Shown here: positions 14,702-27,301 of the stretch, piece after piece | Layout of the letters: the number at the start of each line of letters is the position of its first letter | How positions within the stretch are numbered: the first letter of the stretch is position 1 | Position numbers and translations under genes: made by a program | The notes under the pieces: generated by a model | Told to the model about the DNA's origin: nothing | Databases searched by the model: none | What the model saw: only the letters and a program-made list of their open reading frames with translations | From: Octopus sinensis | Lineage: Eukaryota | NCBI RefSeq assembly: GCF_006345805.1 | Contig: NC_043001.1 | Location: forward strand, 130,572,001 to 130,636,000 | Length of the DNA stretch: 64,000 nucleotides | Direction of reading: 5' to 3'

Positions 14702-14934
14702 TTTGAATATTATGTACAGGGTGGCCCAAAAGTAGGTTTATAGTTATCATGCAGGCACTTTAAATTTCTTTTAAAACATCTTATTCTCAAGTATGAAATT
14801 TGTAGTAAGGTATATGGTAAACTCTGACAGCAGCTCATTTTGCACCATTATTATATTTTGAAAATCTTTATCTTTTGTTAGAAAGCTGACCAATACATTT
14901 CTTTATTCTAACTCATTTTGCGCTTTATAAAGTA

Positions 14935-15332
14935 CTAGCAGTATCGCCGGGCGTTGCTCGGGTTTGTAAGGGAAATAACTATATAAGCATTTTTAGAGAG
15001 TTATAGCCAAAATATAGCAAAAAAATGCATTAAAAATGGAAAAAAAATGATGGTAATTTTTTTTAAAAATTGTTGACTCATCGTAGACATTTTTAGAGAG
15101 TTACTTCCCTTATATAATAGCGAAAAAATGCATTAAAATGGAAAAAAATGATGGTAAATTTTTGTTAAAATCGTAGACTCATCGTAGACGCGCGCTAATA
15201 CCTAGAAGGGCTCGATATGAATCACGACTATAAGATACCCGGTTTTGGTTAAACTGCACCGCAAAATGTGGGAGTAGTTAGGAATCTAAATCGTAGGAGA
15301 CAGACACACAACTTGACTTTTATATATAAAGA
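14935..15332 (-). mobile_element. non-autonomous Helitron
   Basis: On the minus strand it starts TC and ends CCCGAGCAACGCCCGGCGATACTGCTAG (GC-rich subterminal hairpin plus CTAG). Inserted between A and T with no TSD. Contains an internal tandem duplication of about 100 bp. Confidence 0.85.
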
Positions 15333-15366
15333 TTTATAAATCGTATTTTACTATTTTTGTTTAGAG

Positions 15367-15990
15367 ATGGATAAGTTAGAAATTTGTACAGATTTGAAAT
15401 ATGAGTTCTTTCTTGGAAATACAGCATCACAGACAGCTCGGAATATTAATGGAGTATTTCATTCTAATGTTACTGCACAGCAGATAGTATCAAATTGGTT
15501 TGAAAATTTTCGTTCTGGTAACTTTGACCCCACAAATGAGCAACACGGTCAACCAGAAGCAAAGGTGGATAATGTTGAACTGAAAGCCACCTTCGAGTCA
15601 GATCCATCTTAAAGTACCCATGTTGTTGTTTATTGTTAGCTAGCAAACAATATTGACTCACCTAATTCAAATCCGTAAAGTGAAAAAGTTGGATAAGTGG
15701 GTTCCACATGAACTCAATGAAAATCAGAAACAACAATGTTTGGAAGCCTGCATTATGCTACTTTCTCATCACAAAAATGAATTATTTTGAATTGAATTGT
15801 AACATGTGATGAGAAATGGATCCAGTACTACAACTGTAAATGTTCTGCACAATGGTTGGACAAAGATGAGCCACCAAAACCCAGTCCAAAAAGCAAATTT
15901 CATCAAAAGAAGCTGATGGTGTGTGTTTGGTGATCTAGCGCAGGTGTGATCCATTTTGATTTCATTAAACCTGGCTCAGCAATCATGGCC
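15367..15990 (+). pseudogene. mariner transposase relic (Hsmar1/cecropia-like), 3'-truncated
   Basis: N-terminal HTH (YEFFLGNTASQTARNIN...WFENFRSGNF), then hand-translated KVKKLDKWVPHEL, IVTCDEKWIQY and KFHQKKLMVCVW*SSAGVIHFDFIKPG, with stops and frameshifts. A TA-flanked TIR-like CAGGGTGGCCCAAAAGT at 14717 may be its left end. Confidence 0.9.
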
Positions 15991-17742
15991 AAAGCATACT
16001 TCGAGTCCGAAAGGTAATGGTGAACTTCTGTTGACTCTTTCACCACAAATTTCTCTCACCCTTTCCTCCTGAATCTTGCAGCTTACCTGTGACGGACCAG
16101 CATCCCGTCTAGGTGGGGAACCTATTCGCCATGAAACTGGGAAACCGGCCCTATGAGCCAGGCGTGGCTCGAGAAGGAACAAACAACAACAACAACACTA
16201 AAACCAAAAATAGGAGCATCTACATAGTAATTTGATCTGCTAGAAATAGCAACTAATTCTTTCTCAAATCATACCAGTAATTTGAGATTAAGCTGTATCT
16301 TAAAAATGGAAAGGACACATTATATGATGTATTTCTAGATATTTCGAAAAAAACAACAACAAAAATTCCCCAAAGCAAAAGACTGTATGACCCTTGGTGG
16401 AATGTTTTTGATCATAGTCCTACTCCATCAGGATTGAACCAAGTATAAACAATGATAACAACAACAACAACAACAGCAACAGCAACAACACTGTATTCTA
16501 ATCTTCGATCATCTATATTACCCCAAACTCATTATCATTTGAACCCAAAATGTAAAGAGCAAGAAGAAATACTGCAAAGGCATTTTGCCCTGTGCTTTGA
16601 ATGATGAGGAGGAGGGGTTGATGATGATGGTGGTGGTGGTGGTGGCACTTGTGGTGTGGTGGTAGGATGAAGAAGAAGAAGAAGAAAAAGAAGAAGAAAT
16701 AATAATAAAACAAAACACAGCATGTACCCAAAACATGGAACTACATGCAATTTTACCATTAAATAATGAAACAATGATAAAACTACTATACAATAATAAC
16801 GATAATGATGATAATAATGATAATAACAATAATAATAATAATAATAATAATAATGATAATAATAATAATGATAATAATGATGATGTTTATAATGGTGATG
16901 ATAATAAACTTGAAATTATCAATATTTTGGTAGATTTCTATTCATTAATCCCAAAACAAATTATGAACGTACACATACACAAAATAAAAAAATATTTAAA
17001 AAAAAAAAAAACTAAATAGAAAAAGTGTGGCGGGGGGGGGGGGGCGAAAAATAAAACAAAAACAAGCATATCAAACCCCCAGAACCTGAACATAACATCC
17101 TTCTCCTATCTACCCACAAAAATATGTTTTCAAAGAACTAAAAATACAATTGAAAAGCAACATGTCTACTTCTGTTTTTTTTTTACATTTAAATGTATGC
17201 TATGCATTTAAGGAATTTTATTCCGAAAGCGCAGTTTATACGTAGAATACAATATATTTTTTCTTACTTTTTTTTTTCATTGTTTTAAATACTATTTGAC
17301 ATAAAACAGTTGAAGAGAACGATCACTAATTAACTCTTCTCATTATATTCTCAATCTTTTTCCTACTTTTACCATTTTGTTGTTCATATTTTTTTATATA
17401 TATGGTGGAAACTGGTTTTTTTTCTGTTTTAAAAAAATATATTTTTATTGATAACTTATCTATTTTTAAAAATTTTTTTCCGTTTATGTATTTTATTTTA
17501 TCTTATTTTATTTTATCTTATTTATTTAATTGTATTTCGCAGTAAAAACAACACACACGAAATGAATTAATTAGAAGCTTTTAGGAATATATGCACATAT
17601 GTATGTGTGTACTTACAATTATTGGTTGTTAGTAATGCTATGTACTTGTATGTGTGTGTCTAAATATATGTGTATGTGTGAGAGAGTGTATGTGTGTGTA
17701 TGTATGTGTTTATATATAATTGTACATATATACACATAAGTG

Positions 17743-17775
<33 letters not shown>

Positions 17776-17845
17776 ATATATATGTATACATATATATAGA
17801 TATATATATGTATATATGTAAATATATATACACATATACACACAT

Positions 17846-17880
<35 letters not shown>

Positions 17881-17961
17881 CAAACATATATATGTATACA
17901 TATGTATATCATGTGTGTTTACCTATATGCATTTGTGAATATGCATGTGTGTATATACATG

Positions 17962-17996
<35 letters not shown>

Positions 17997-18799
17997 GTAT
18001 ATATGTGTGTGTGTGTGTGTATAAATGATAGTGCATGTAACAATTTATGTTTTATACATTTTTGTGGGTGTGTTTGTGTGCAGCAGTAATTTTGTCTATT
18101 ATCTAGTACTGAAATATTTCTTTTGTAAATACTACAAACAAATTAGCTCAAGTTTCTACTACACATTCTATTAATGAATGTCTTATTAGCAAAAAGCACT
18201 CAAATCTTCATTAACAACACTGCTGCCTCCACCCAACCATTTTTTCATGTCTTTCTAACTGAAATGAAGAAATAAATAAAATGTATATATGTTTCTTTTT
18301 TTTTTTTTGTATTTTTTTTTTTATGACTTAAGCTTCTGAAGATGAGATATCAGGTTAATTAAACTTTTCCGGACTATTAATCTAATCATTTATGTGTCCA
18401 TTTATATGATTTTGATCAGTTCAATCTTGATTCAAGAATCAGATACCTCATTTTTGGATTATGGATTTCCAAGTTTTCCAAGATCAAATCCAGGCTGGAT
18501 TTGAACTTGGTAACTTTGAAATGTTTACATTTGAACAAATGTTATTTTTGTTTTGTAGGTGCAGTATGACTGAATGGTTTAGAAGAAATTCATTTCAGAA
18601 TCATAAGGCCTCAGTTTCAATTCCACTGCATGGCATCATGGGCAAATGTCATTTTAATACCCTTTTGAGTCACATTGAATAGATGGATATCATATATCCA
18701 TCTGTCATTGGGTGAACTGTACCTGTAAGTCAGAATGATACAGGTTTGTCATACACTGCAATACACAGATTCTGCCTGGGAATATGTTGCCAGCACATA

Positions 18800-18986
18800 T
18801 GATGGGGTACTGAGAAGTTCCTGACTTAAGGGTGTCGTGAAAGGCCTAGTCGGAGGCCAAAACTGAAGGACTGCTGCAATAAGTGTGTGAATCTCAGAGA
18901 GGGGAATATGTTAAATAAAATCATAATTAACTGATCCTCCTGCATTTTCTTTTACCCAAAGCAAGGAACTTTGTAGCACCCCCTCG
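18800..18986. mobile_element. mariner-derived MITE
   Basis: Imperfect TIRs (tgatggggtactgagaagttcctgactt / aaagcaaggaactttgtagcaccccctcg), flanked by TA on both sides. Confidence 0.75.
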
Positions 18987-19985
18987 TATGTTTGTGAAAT
19001 ACTCAGCTACCTATTATACGCTAATTCAAAAGCAAATTACCCAGTTGATCAAACTGAATCTTCTTTGTCCATCACTGTTATTGTCCTAAATTATTAAGTT
19101 ATTGGCATCTTTAGGTCTTTAGTTCATAAGTTTGTTTTAGCCATCACAAGTAAGACAATACTGGGGCACTGCCTTGTTGCATGTGAATATAATTATTAAT
19201 TATCTTTATTTCACTAATGCCAGCTATGATCAGCACTAAGCTTGCTGCATTTTTTTCTTGAAGTATTTATTGTTTACTTGCTTCAGTCATTGGACTGCAG
19301 TCATGCTTGATGAGTTTTGCCTTGAAGAGTTTGTCAAATAAACACAAATCATCCATCCATCCATCCATCCATCCATCCATCCATCCATCCATCCATACAT
19401 ACATACATACATACATACATACATACAGACAGACAGACATAACATGACCTACTGGATTTAACTGGGTCTCTGAATCTCCTGGACATAATGAACTTCAACA
19501 AATATCACTGATGAAGAAATTCTTCCACTCTCTAACCTATATCTCTCCAATGACAGAATACCCAACTTACAGAGTCTTCACTTGATACGATGCTCCAATA
19601 GCTGGGATATCTCAGAAACAGCTGGCAGGGACTATTTTTTACTATTTCTACCATTCGTTATATAGCTAAATTTCGATTGAATTAAATGAAATGAAATGTC
19701 CTTTTCTTGCCTTACCTAATTGTTTGCCTTTCCCCACTACTTTAACCTATACCTGCTGACTCAAAGGGAAGCCACCTTTAGCAGTTTTGAACAAGACAAT
19801 CACATAACCACAACTTCAACTGCTGTTCAAATTTGAATTTTGATGGCACACCTATTTGAGCATTCAGAATTAGTTTGAGTCATCTTGATGAAAACTCCTC
19901 ATATCATTCATTGATTCATTCATTCATGCATACATACATGCATACACATACACACACAGACACACAGACACACACACACACACAC

Positions 19986-20016
<31 letters not shown>

Positions 20017-20139
20017 AACAAGCAAACAAACAAAAATACCCTGCTGTTGATGAGGAAATTCCAACAAAGGAGCCTTGGATCTCAGTTAGAAACCAACTCT
20101 TTCTCTATTGGCAAGAAATCTTGAAATAAAACAGAATAA

Positions 20140-20172
<33 letters not shown>

Positions 20173-21279
20173 TACATTCATACATACATACATTTCCATC
20201 TACTAAGTTCATTCACAAGGCAGTGGTCTGTAAGGGGCTTTGGTAGGAGACAACTTTCCAAGGTGCTGTGCTGTAGGACTGAACCTAAAAACAAAATCAT
20301 TGCAAAGTGTTTCTTAACCACACAGCCATGACTGTAATAATTTTTGTCGTTAAATATTGCTGGATCTGGAGGCAGGCAGCTGGTCCCTACTATTAATAAC
20401 TTTTAACTCCCTGCCAGATACCAGAAATATTCATAGAAAGAGCGTAGCTGATTTAATCAAATTCAAATGCATATGTGATACTTATTTTATTGATCTTGGT
20501 GAAATGAAAGTTTTAAAGTCACCTTGGGTTGGATTTCAAATCAGAATATAAAACAGTATCATTAAATGTCTAAAATCATTTTGTCAGGCTCCCTACCAAT
20601 TTTATCACATCAGTGTCCAAAAATAAAATAAAATAAGACAAATAAACCTGCTTTTTTTTCTATCTTTATCTTTTATATTTTTACAACCCCACTTTTCAAT
20701 CTTTTAAACTTTAAAAAAAAATTGAATTATTAGTTTTTTACCATTATTTCTATTAAATTTTTTTTTGTCAAAACATTTATTTTTTTTAATATAATGAAAA
20801 ACGAAATTAAAAATGAAATCTCTTGTCTCACTAAATGGACAGTCCGCATGATCAGTGCCAGTTTCAATAAAAGAGGCAGGGGCCATTATCAGTGCTTTTA
20901 ATTGGTTAAGAATGTATTTTGAAGACTAGTTTATATCTGACAATGATACTGGTCATTTTTCATAATTGCTTTTGCTGCAAAAACTATTTGCATTTTTTTC
21001 TCAAATCATTAACTTTTATTCTATTACCATTTATTACAACTAAAATAGAACTACTCAAATTTGATAAAAATCACTGAATGTGTTCTTGGAAAAATGTCTT
21101 TTTTTTTTGGCCTTTGCTAATTATATATAATACTAGTTCAAAAGATATTGGTGAAAATGCCAAATATATTAGTATACATTTCATTTAAATGAGCCCATTA
21201 GATAAAAAAAAAATCCTTAACATAAGAAAGACTGCATCTTAAAGATGAGCTTTTCTCTGAGGTTATAAAATTCTTCAGG

Positions 21280-21600
21280 GCCTCCATCAACTATATACAC
21301 TCTATGTTGCGTTCTACAATGGAATACTGATTCTACATCTGAGAAAGCACTTCTACAACATGCAACCATCCTAGACTGCAGCCAAAGAATGTTCATCACA
21401 AATACCCTCCAAACTCTGATCTACAAACATGCTGTTTCCATTTTCTGGCTCTTTTCTTGCATCTATAATGGCCTCTTCTCCCATCATTGGCTGGTCTTGT
21501 ACCACCAGGCAGATATTCTTAACTCACTCATTTCCCTTCTTATCATTAATATTGTACTCATCGTTTCAGGCCCTGTATTGCCCACTGGCACATGCATCAC
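21280..21600 (+). mobile_element. highly decayed CR1-like LINE 3' fragment
   Basis: Broken frames give MEY*FYI*, ILDCSQR..TLQTL..AVSIFWLFSCIYNGLFS and LAGLVPP, echoing the CR1 ORF2 C-terminus. Confidence 0.45.
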
Positions 21601-22519
21601 AACCATATGTGCACGACATGGCGACTTCATATCAAGGTAAATGGTGCATGACCTTTCAGGTGGGGCCCAGTAAGTATTTTCTTCAGGTCGAGGAGCCCAT
21701 CCCACTCAAAGCGTTTGTTTAAGGATACTGAACAAAACACCCATGTTTCCAGAGTTGAATTATTCTAATCTCAAAGAATTCCTCCCAACACATGGCTATG
21801 ATGCTTTCCCACTACTTCTGCTTATGATCAGAGATGCATATAATGTCAGCCATTAAGGGACATTCTCAAGCAGTTAAGGTCAAGTAAATCTCTGGTATTG
21901 AGCAGAATATATGCTGTAGCCCATCTTTTATACCAAGACAAAACACGTGCATGATAACCACTTGCAATCAGTTAAGATCAGAAGCCACGAGAGCCAGTGC
22001 CTGGCACCGCATCAGGTTATTTATTATTATTATCATTGTTATTATTATTATTATTTCGAAATCAGTGACAGTAGTTACTGGGAAAAACATTAAATAGATA
22101 ATTGCAAACAGGTCTCTCTTTATCGAAAACCGGTGATTGCCGTACGTTGACAAGAGGCAAATTACCTCGAAACTGCAGTCCGTGCGTATCACTTAGGTTT
22201 ACAAGAGAGGGATGACCTCCCTTTGCAAATATCATAAGGGCACAGAAAGTGTGCCTAAAGCCAGCTGGAGACGATGATCTCCTGGGGCTAAAAGCTACAG
22301 TAACACCCACCCTTAGTGGTTAGCCATATTGAGATGGCTAGTATACTTTACATTATTATTATTATTATTATTATTATTTAATGTTCATCCATGCTGGTAT
22401 GGGTTGTAAAGCTTTCAGGGTCCAATAGGTCTGAAGACTGCATCATACTTCTATGTCAGTGTCTGCTTTGGAATAGTTTCTTTGGCTGGATGCTCTACCT
22501 AATACCAAACATATACTTA

Positions 22520-22749
22520 TTTCCTTACTACCCACAAGGGGCTAAACACAGAGAGAACAAAGAAGGACAGACAAACGGATTAAGTCGATTATACCGACCC
22601 CAGTGCGTAACTGGTACTTATTTAATCGACCCCGAAAGGATGAAAGGTAAAGTCGACCTTGGCGGAATTTGAACTCAGAACATGGCAGCAGACGAAATAC
22701 TGCTAAGCATTTCGCCCGGCGTGCTAACGTTTCTGCCAGCTCGCCGCCT
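22520..22749 (-). mobile_element. SINE family A
   Basis: Full reverse-complement copy; the flanking aataccaaacatatact is duplicated (TSD). Confidence 0.85.
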
Positions 22750-23493
22750 TAATACCAAACATATACTGTATACTGCTTGGTTTATTCATGGCACCAGCAC
22801 TAGTGAGGTTACCATGAAAATTGCAAGTCCTCTTTGATTGAGAAGGTAGCATTATGCTAAAAAATAAGAGGTTGAAGTTTCTTGTTGTAGAGGAGCCATG
22901 TGGCTACTCACTTTATAGATAAGAAAATGAAAGGAATCGGGGCAGGCTGGAAAGAGAATTTCCTTTTTTATGAAGAAAGGAAAGACAGAGTTCATGACCA
23001 TATTACAGCGCAATCAAAGAGAGGGATGGAAAAGAAAAGAGAGTAATAAATTTCAATTCATGGGTTATCCTCAATCCAAGGACTTAAATGGAGAGTGAAC
23101 TCTACCCAAGTTCCAGGTAATGGTATCAAAGAAGGCAACAGATTAATTCTATCTCCAAAATCTAAGTCTCACAGAACAAACTGTGTGTCATGAACTTTCT
23201 GAAAACTACATAACTTTGTTAAGGCAGTTTTGTTTCATATCAGCATTTTAGTTTTAATTACTTTCTTAGTTATTCCAATTTATATAAGCTGAAGTATAAA
23301 TGCCACAGAGAAGCTAATGGAAAGCTAAAACATTTTCTTTGTTTCAATTAGCTATATGTTTAGGAGTAATAGCATTTTTCTGTTTTTAGTATGACTGTAA
23401 ATTAATGCATTTCATTCTTCAAATGAACAAAGCCAGCTCTGTCTTGATTTCTGGATCAGACACAATTTTATCACCAGGTTAACTTTGTTATTT

Positions 23494-23528
<35 letters not shown>

Positions 23529-23535
23529 CATATAT

Positions 23536-23960
23536 GGAGTGGCTGTGTGGTAAGTAGCTTGCTAACCAACCACATGGTTCCGGGTTCAGTCCCACTGCGT
23601 GGCATCTTGGGCAAGTGTCTTCTGCTATATCCCCGGTCCGACCAATGCCTTGTGAGTGGATTTGGTAGACGGAAACTGAAAGAAGCCTGTCGTATATATG
23701 TATATATATATATGTGTGTGTGTGTGTATGTGTTTGTTTGTCTGTGTTTGTCCCCCTAGCATTGTTTGACAACTGATGCTGGTGTGTTTACGTCCCCGTC
23801 ACTTAGCAGTTCGGCAAAAGAGACCGATAGAATAAGTACTGGGCTTACAAAGAATAAGTCCCGGGGTCGATTTACTTGACTAAAGGCGGTGCTCCAGCAT
23901 GGCCGCAGTCAAATGACTGAAACAAGTAAAAGAGTAAAAAAGAAAAAAAAGAGTAAAAGA
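23536..23960 (+). mobile_element. SINE family B
   Basis: Full-length young copy. Confidence 0.85.
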
Positions 23961-24399
23961 GTATATATATATATATATATATATTAATACACAAAGAAAG
24001 AGAGGCAGACAGAGAAAGAGAAGTTTACTGTGCAGCCATATACAGTCCCACACCACAAGCAATTTGGCCTATTGGGCATGTTCATTCGTTTATAGCTCCA
24101 GAATGGCCAAAATCCTATAAGTAAATTTAGGCGATAGAAACTGACAAGAAGCTAGGCATATGATGTGTCTATGCATGTATGTATGTATCAATCTATCTAT
24201 CTATCTATCTATCCATCTATCTACCTACCTACCTATCTATCTACCTATCTTTCTATCTATTTTTTGTAAATTTGAACTATATTTATATATATCATCATTA
24301 AAGTATAAATCTATAAAAGACACACACTCTAAGTAATAGAGCAGTATATAATATAAATGAAATTAGATAAGGCTGGTTTATGGGATTACCCTGGTTTTA

Positions 24400-24457
24400 G
24401 GATCTGATGATATGCCGTAAAGCTAAACACTTACGGATGTGAAACCCAGGGTAATCC
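24400..24457 (+). ncRNA. type I hammerhead ribozyme-like motif A (canonical core)
   Basis: Stem I ggat/atcc; CTGATGA 24404-24410; stem II containing ccgtaa/ttacgg (imperfect at its base); GAAA 24441-24444; stem III ACC-cag-GGT; predicted GUA cleavage after 24453. Confidence 0.65.
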
Positions 24458-24469
24458 CATGAACTGGTC

Positions 24470-24509
24470 TTTGTCCGATGAACGGCAACGCGAAACTCAG
24501 AGTAACAAG
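24470..24509 (+). ncRNA. minimal type I hammerhead-like motif B (CCGAUGA core variant)
   Basis: Stem I tttgt/acaag; CCGATGA; stem II (a)cg-GCAA-cg(c); GAA; near-palindromic stem III ACTC-A-GAGT; GUA site after 24504. Confidence 0.65.
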
Positions 24510-24635
24510 TTTTGTGGAATTTTCTGCTGCTTTAAATAAAGCATATTACTCTACCACTGGTATTTAAATACTCTTTTTTCCACCTTGTTTCACATTTATG
24601 TGTTTACTCCGGTATACATATATATATATATATAT

Positions 24636-24684
<49 letters not shown>

Positions 24685-25213
24685 AATATATACATATATA
24701 TATATATATAAATATATACATACATATATATATAAATATATACATATATCATCATCATCATTTAGCGTCCGCTTTCCATGCTAGCATGGGTTGGACGGTT
24801 CAACTGGGGTCTGTGAACCTGGAAGGCTTCATCAGGCCCAGTCAGATCTGGCAGTGTTTCTACGGCTGGATGCCCTTCCTAACGCCAACTACTCCGTGAG
24901 TGTAGTGGGTGCTTTTTACATGCCACCTGCACAGGTGCCAGACAGAGCTGGCAAACGGCAATGAACGGACGGCGCTTTTACGTGTCACCGGCACGGGGCC
25001 AGGCGATGCTATAATTATATATATTGTTCAAATTTACAGAAAACCAAAGATGAAGACAGATGAGGGAGCAACAGGCAGTTGCATTAGTTTGACACTCGGG
25101 AAGAATGGAAAAGTCTTTGATATTTTGAGCTTATGCTCTTCGACAGAAAGGATTGAGAGGAAAAAACAAATGGAGTGAGAAAAAAACGTGTAGGGATTAA
25201 TGGTTCAACATAT

Positions 25214-25290
<77 letters not shown>

Positions 25291-25781
25291 AGCTATAAAT
25301 GATGAGGGGATATCAAAGTGAAGCAGGCACAAATTGTTAAGATGGAATGACACAAAACAGACAGTTAAGTTATCCATTATCCTAACATGGAATGCATTGA
25401 CAAAGGCAATTTCTCTGTTGTTAGGTAATTCACAACTGCAGCAGTGTTCAAAAAGTATCCAATGATGTATGGAACATTAAGCATGGCATAAAAACATAAT
25501 AGGAACTGATAAATAAGTTATCTTGTATTGCTACAACTGTTTTGTTAAGAGTTTTTATTGTGACATAAGCATAGTACAGTCATGTATGCAATATGCATAA
25601 CATCTATATGATTATGAATTGTGTAACATATTACATATTCTTACGGATATTGTGAATAATGCCTGACTGTATTATCCGTATGTTACAATAGAGATTCTCA
25701 ACAAAATAATTGTAGCAATACCAGGTAACCATACATCTGTTTTCAGTACACATCTGTTGATGAACCAATAATATTTGAAAG

Positions 25782-26027
25782 GCATGGCTGTGTGGTAAGA
25801 AGCTGGCTCCCTAACCACATGGCTCAGGGTTCAGTCCCACTGTGTGACATCTTGGGCAAGTGTATTCTACTATAGGCTTGGGCAAGTGTATTCTACTATA
25901 GGCTTGGGCAAGTGTATTCTACTATAGGCTTGGACAAGTGTATTCTACTATAGGCTTGGGCCGATCAAAGCCCTGTGAGTGGATTTGGTAGACAGAAACT
26001 GAATGAAGCCTTGTGTGTGTGTGTGTG

Positions 26028-26058
<31 letters not shown>

Positions 26059-26160
26059 TGTGTGTGTGTGTGTGCATGCGTGTATGTGTGCATGTGTGTG
26101 TGTCTCTGTCTGTCTGTGTTTGTCCCACAGTCTGATGACTGAAACAAGTAAAAGATAAAA
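25782..26160 (+). mobile_element. SINE family B with internal 26-bp x4 tandem amplification
   Basis: cttgggcaagtgtattctactatagg repeated four times at 25851-25954. Confidence 0.8.
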
Positions 26161-27075
26161 AAATGAATATGTGGTAGAATATTTCTAAACTCTGGAAAAA
26201 AAATTTCTCCCACACATTCTGTAATTCTTGCCCAATTTACCATTCTTCGCAAATGCATATACAACTAATTTGGAGAAGATTTTCAAAACTGACATCATGT
26301 ATGCAAACACACATATACTCACAAATGCATATATGATCAAATATAGATAAGCAATGAATTGGCAAAGTTGTAAAAGAGTCACATAGGATGCCTGCTGACA
26401 TTTCTTCCAGCTCTCTATGCTCTGAGTTCAAAACCCAATGCACACACATACACAACAGGCTACTTTCAGTTTCTGTTTACCAAATCCACTCAACAGGCTT
26501 TGGTTACCCTAGGCTATAGTGCAAGACACTTGCTCAAGATGCTACAGAGTCGCCGGGCGAAATACTTAGCAGTACTTCGTCTGCGTTATGTTGTGAGTTC
26601 AAATTCCGCTGAGGTCGACTTTGCCTTTCATCCTTTCGGGGTCGATAAATTAAGTACCAGTTACGCATTGGGGTCGATGTAATCGACTTAATACCTATGT
26701 CTGTCCTTGTTTGTCCCCTCTGTGTTTAGCCCCTTGTGGGTAATAAAGAAATAGGTATTAAACCTTAAAGCATGTGATTCGGAAAAATAAAAGCAAAACT
26801 TTTTAACTACACAGCAGTGCCTGCACCTGTAATGTGTCCGAGTGTGTGTGTGTATGTGCATGTATAAAAAATACACTTAAAAAGACATACCCACATACAG
26901 AATGCACAGCTATTAAACAGTAATCTGTTGCATTCAAGCAAATGTTTTTAGAGATCAGTGCTCCTCCTGTAACTAGTCACTCAGTTGTGATATACAAATG
27001 AAATGTGTCTGCTTGATATGTTGAGGAAAGGCTAAGCTACATGGATGATGCACCTCATCCCAGGGGATATGTTTC

Positions 27076-27301
27076 TTTATTACCCACAAGGGGCTAAACA
27101 CAGAGGGGACAAACAAGGACAGACAAACGAATTAAGTCGATTACATCGACCCCAGTGCGTAACTGGTACTTAATTTATCGGCCCCGAAAGGATGAAAGGC
27201 AAAGTCAACCTCAGCGGAATTTGAACTCAGAACGTAACGGCAGACGAAATACCGCTAAGCATTTCGCCTGACGTGCTAACGGTTCTGCCAGCTCACCGCC
27301 T
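27076..27301 (-). mobile_element. SINE family A
   Basis: Full copy with a TSD-like atcccaggg on both sides. Confidence 0.85.

Larger units (their letters stand above)
24295..24612 (+). mobile_element. short non-coding hammerhead-bearing element in a (TA)n context (retrozyme/PLE pLTR-like)
   Basis: A CpG-retaining island of about 320 bp between microsatellite tracts that contains both hammerhead motifs. Boundaries are approximate. Confidence 0.5.

Noticed and set aside
19500-20100. Several CTGATGA/TTGATGA-like motifs with hairpins (19506, 19870-19910 minus, 20047)
   Set aside because: None has a complete core with correctly placed stems I and III.
25851-25960. Regular short repeats superficially like a CRISPR array (also 32985-33190)
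   Set aside because: No unique spacers and no cas genes; eukaryotic tandem repeats.
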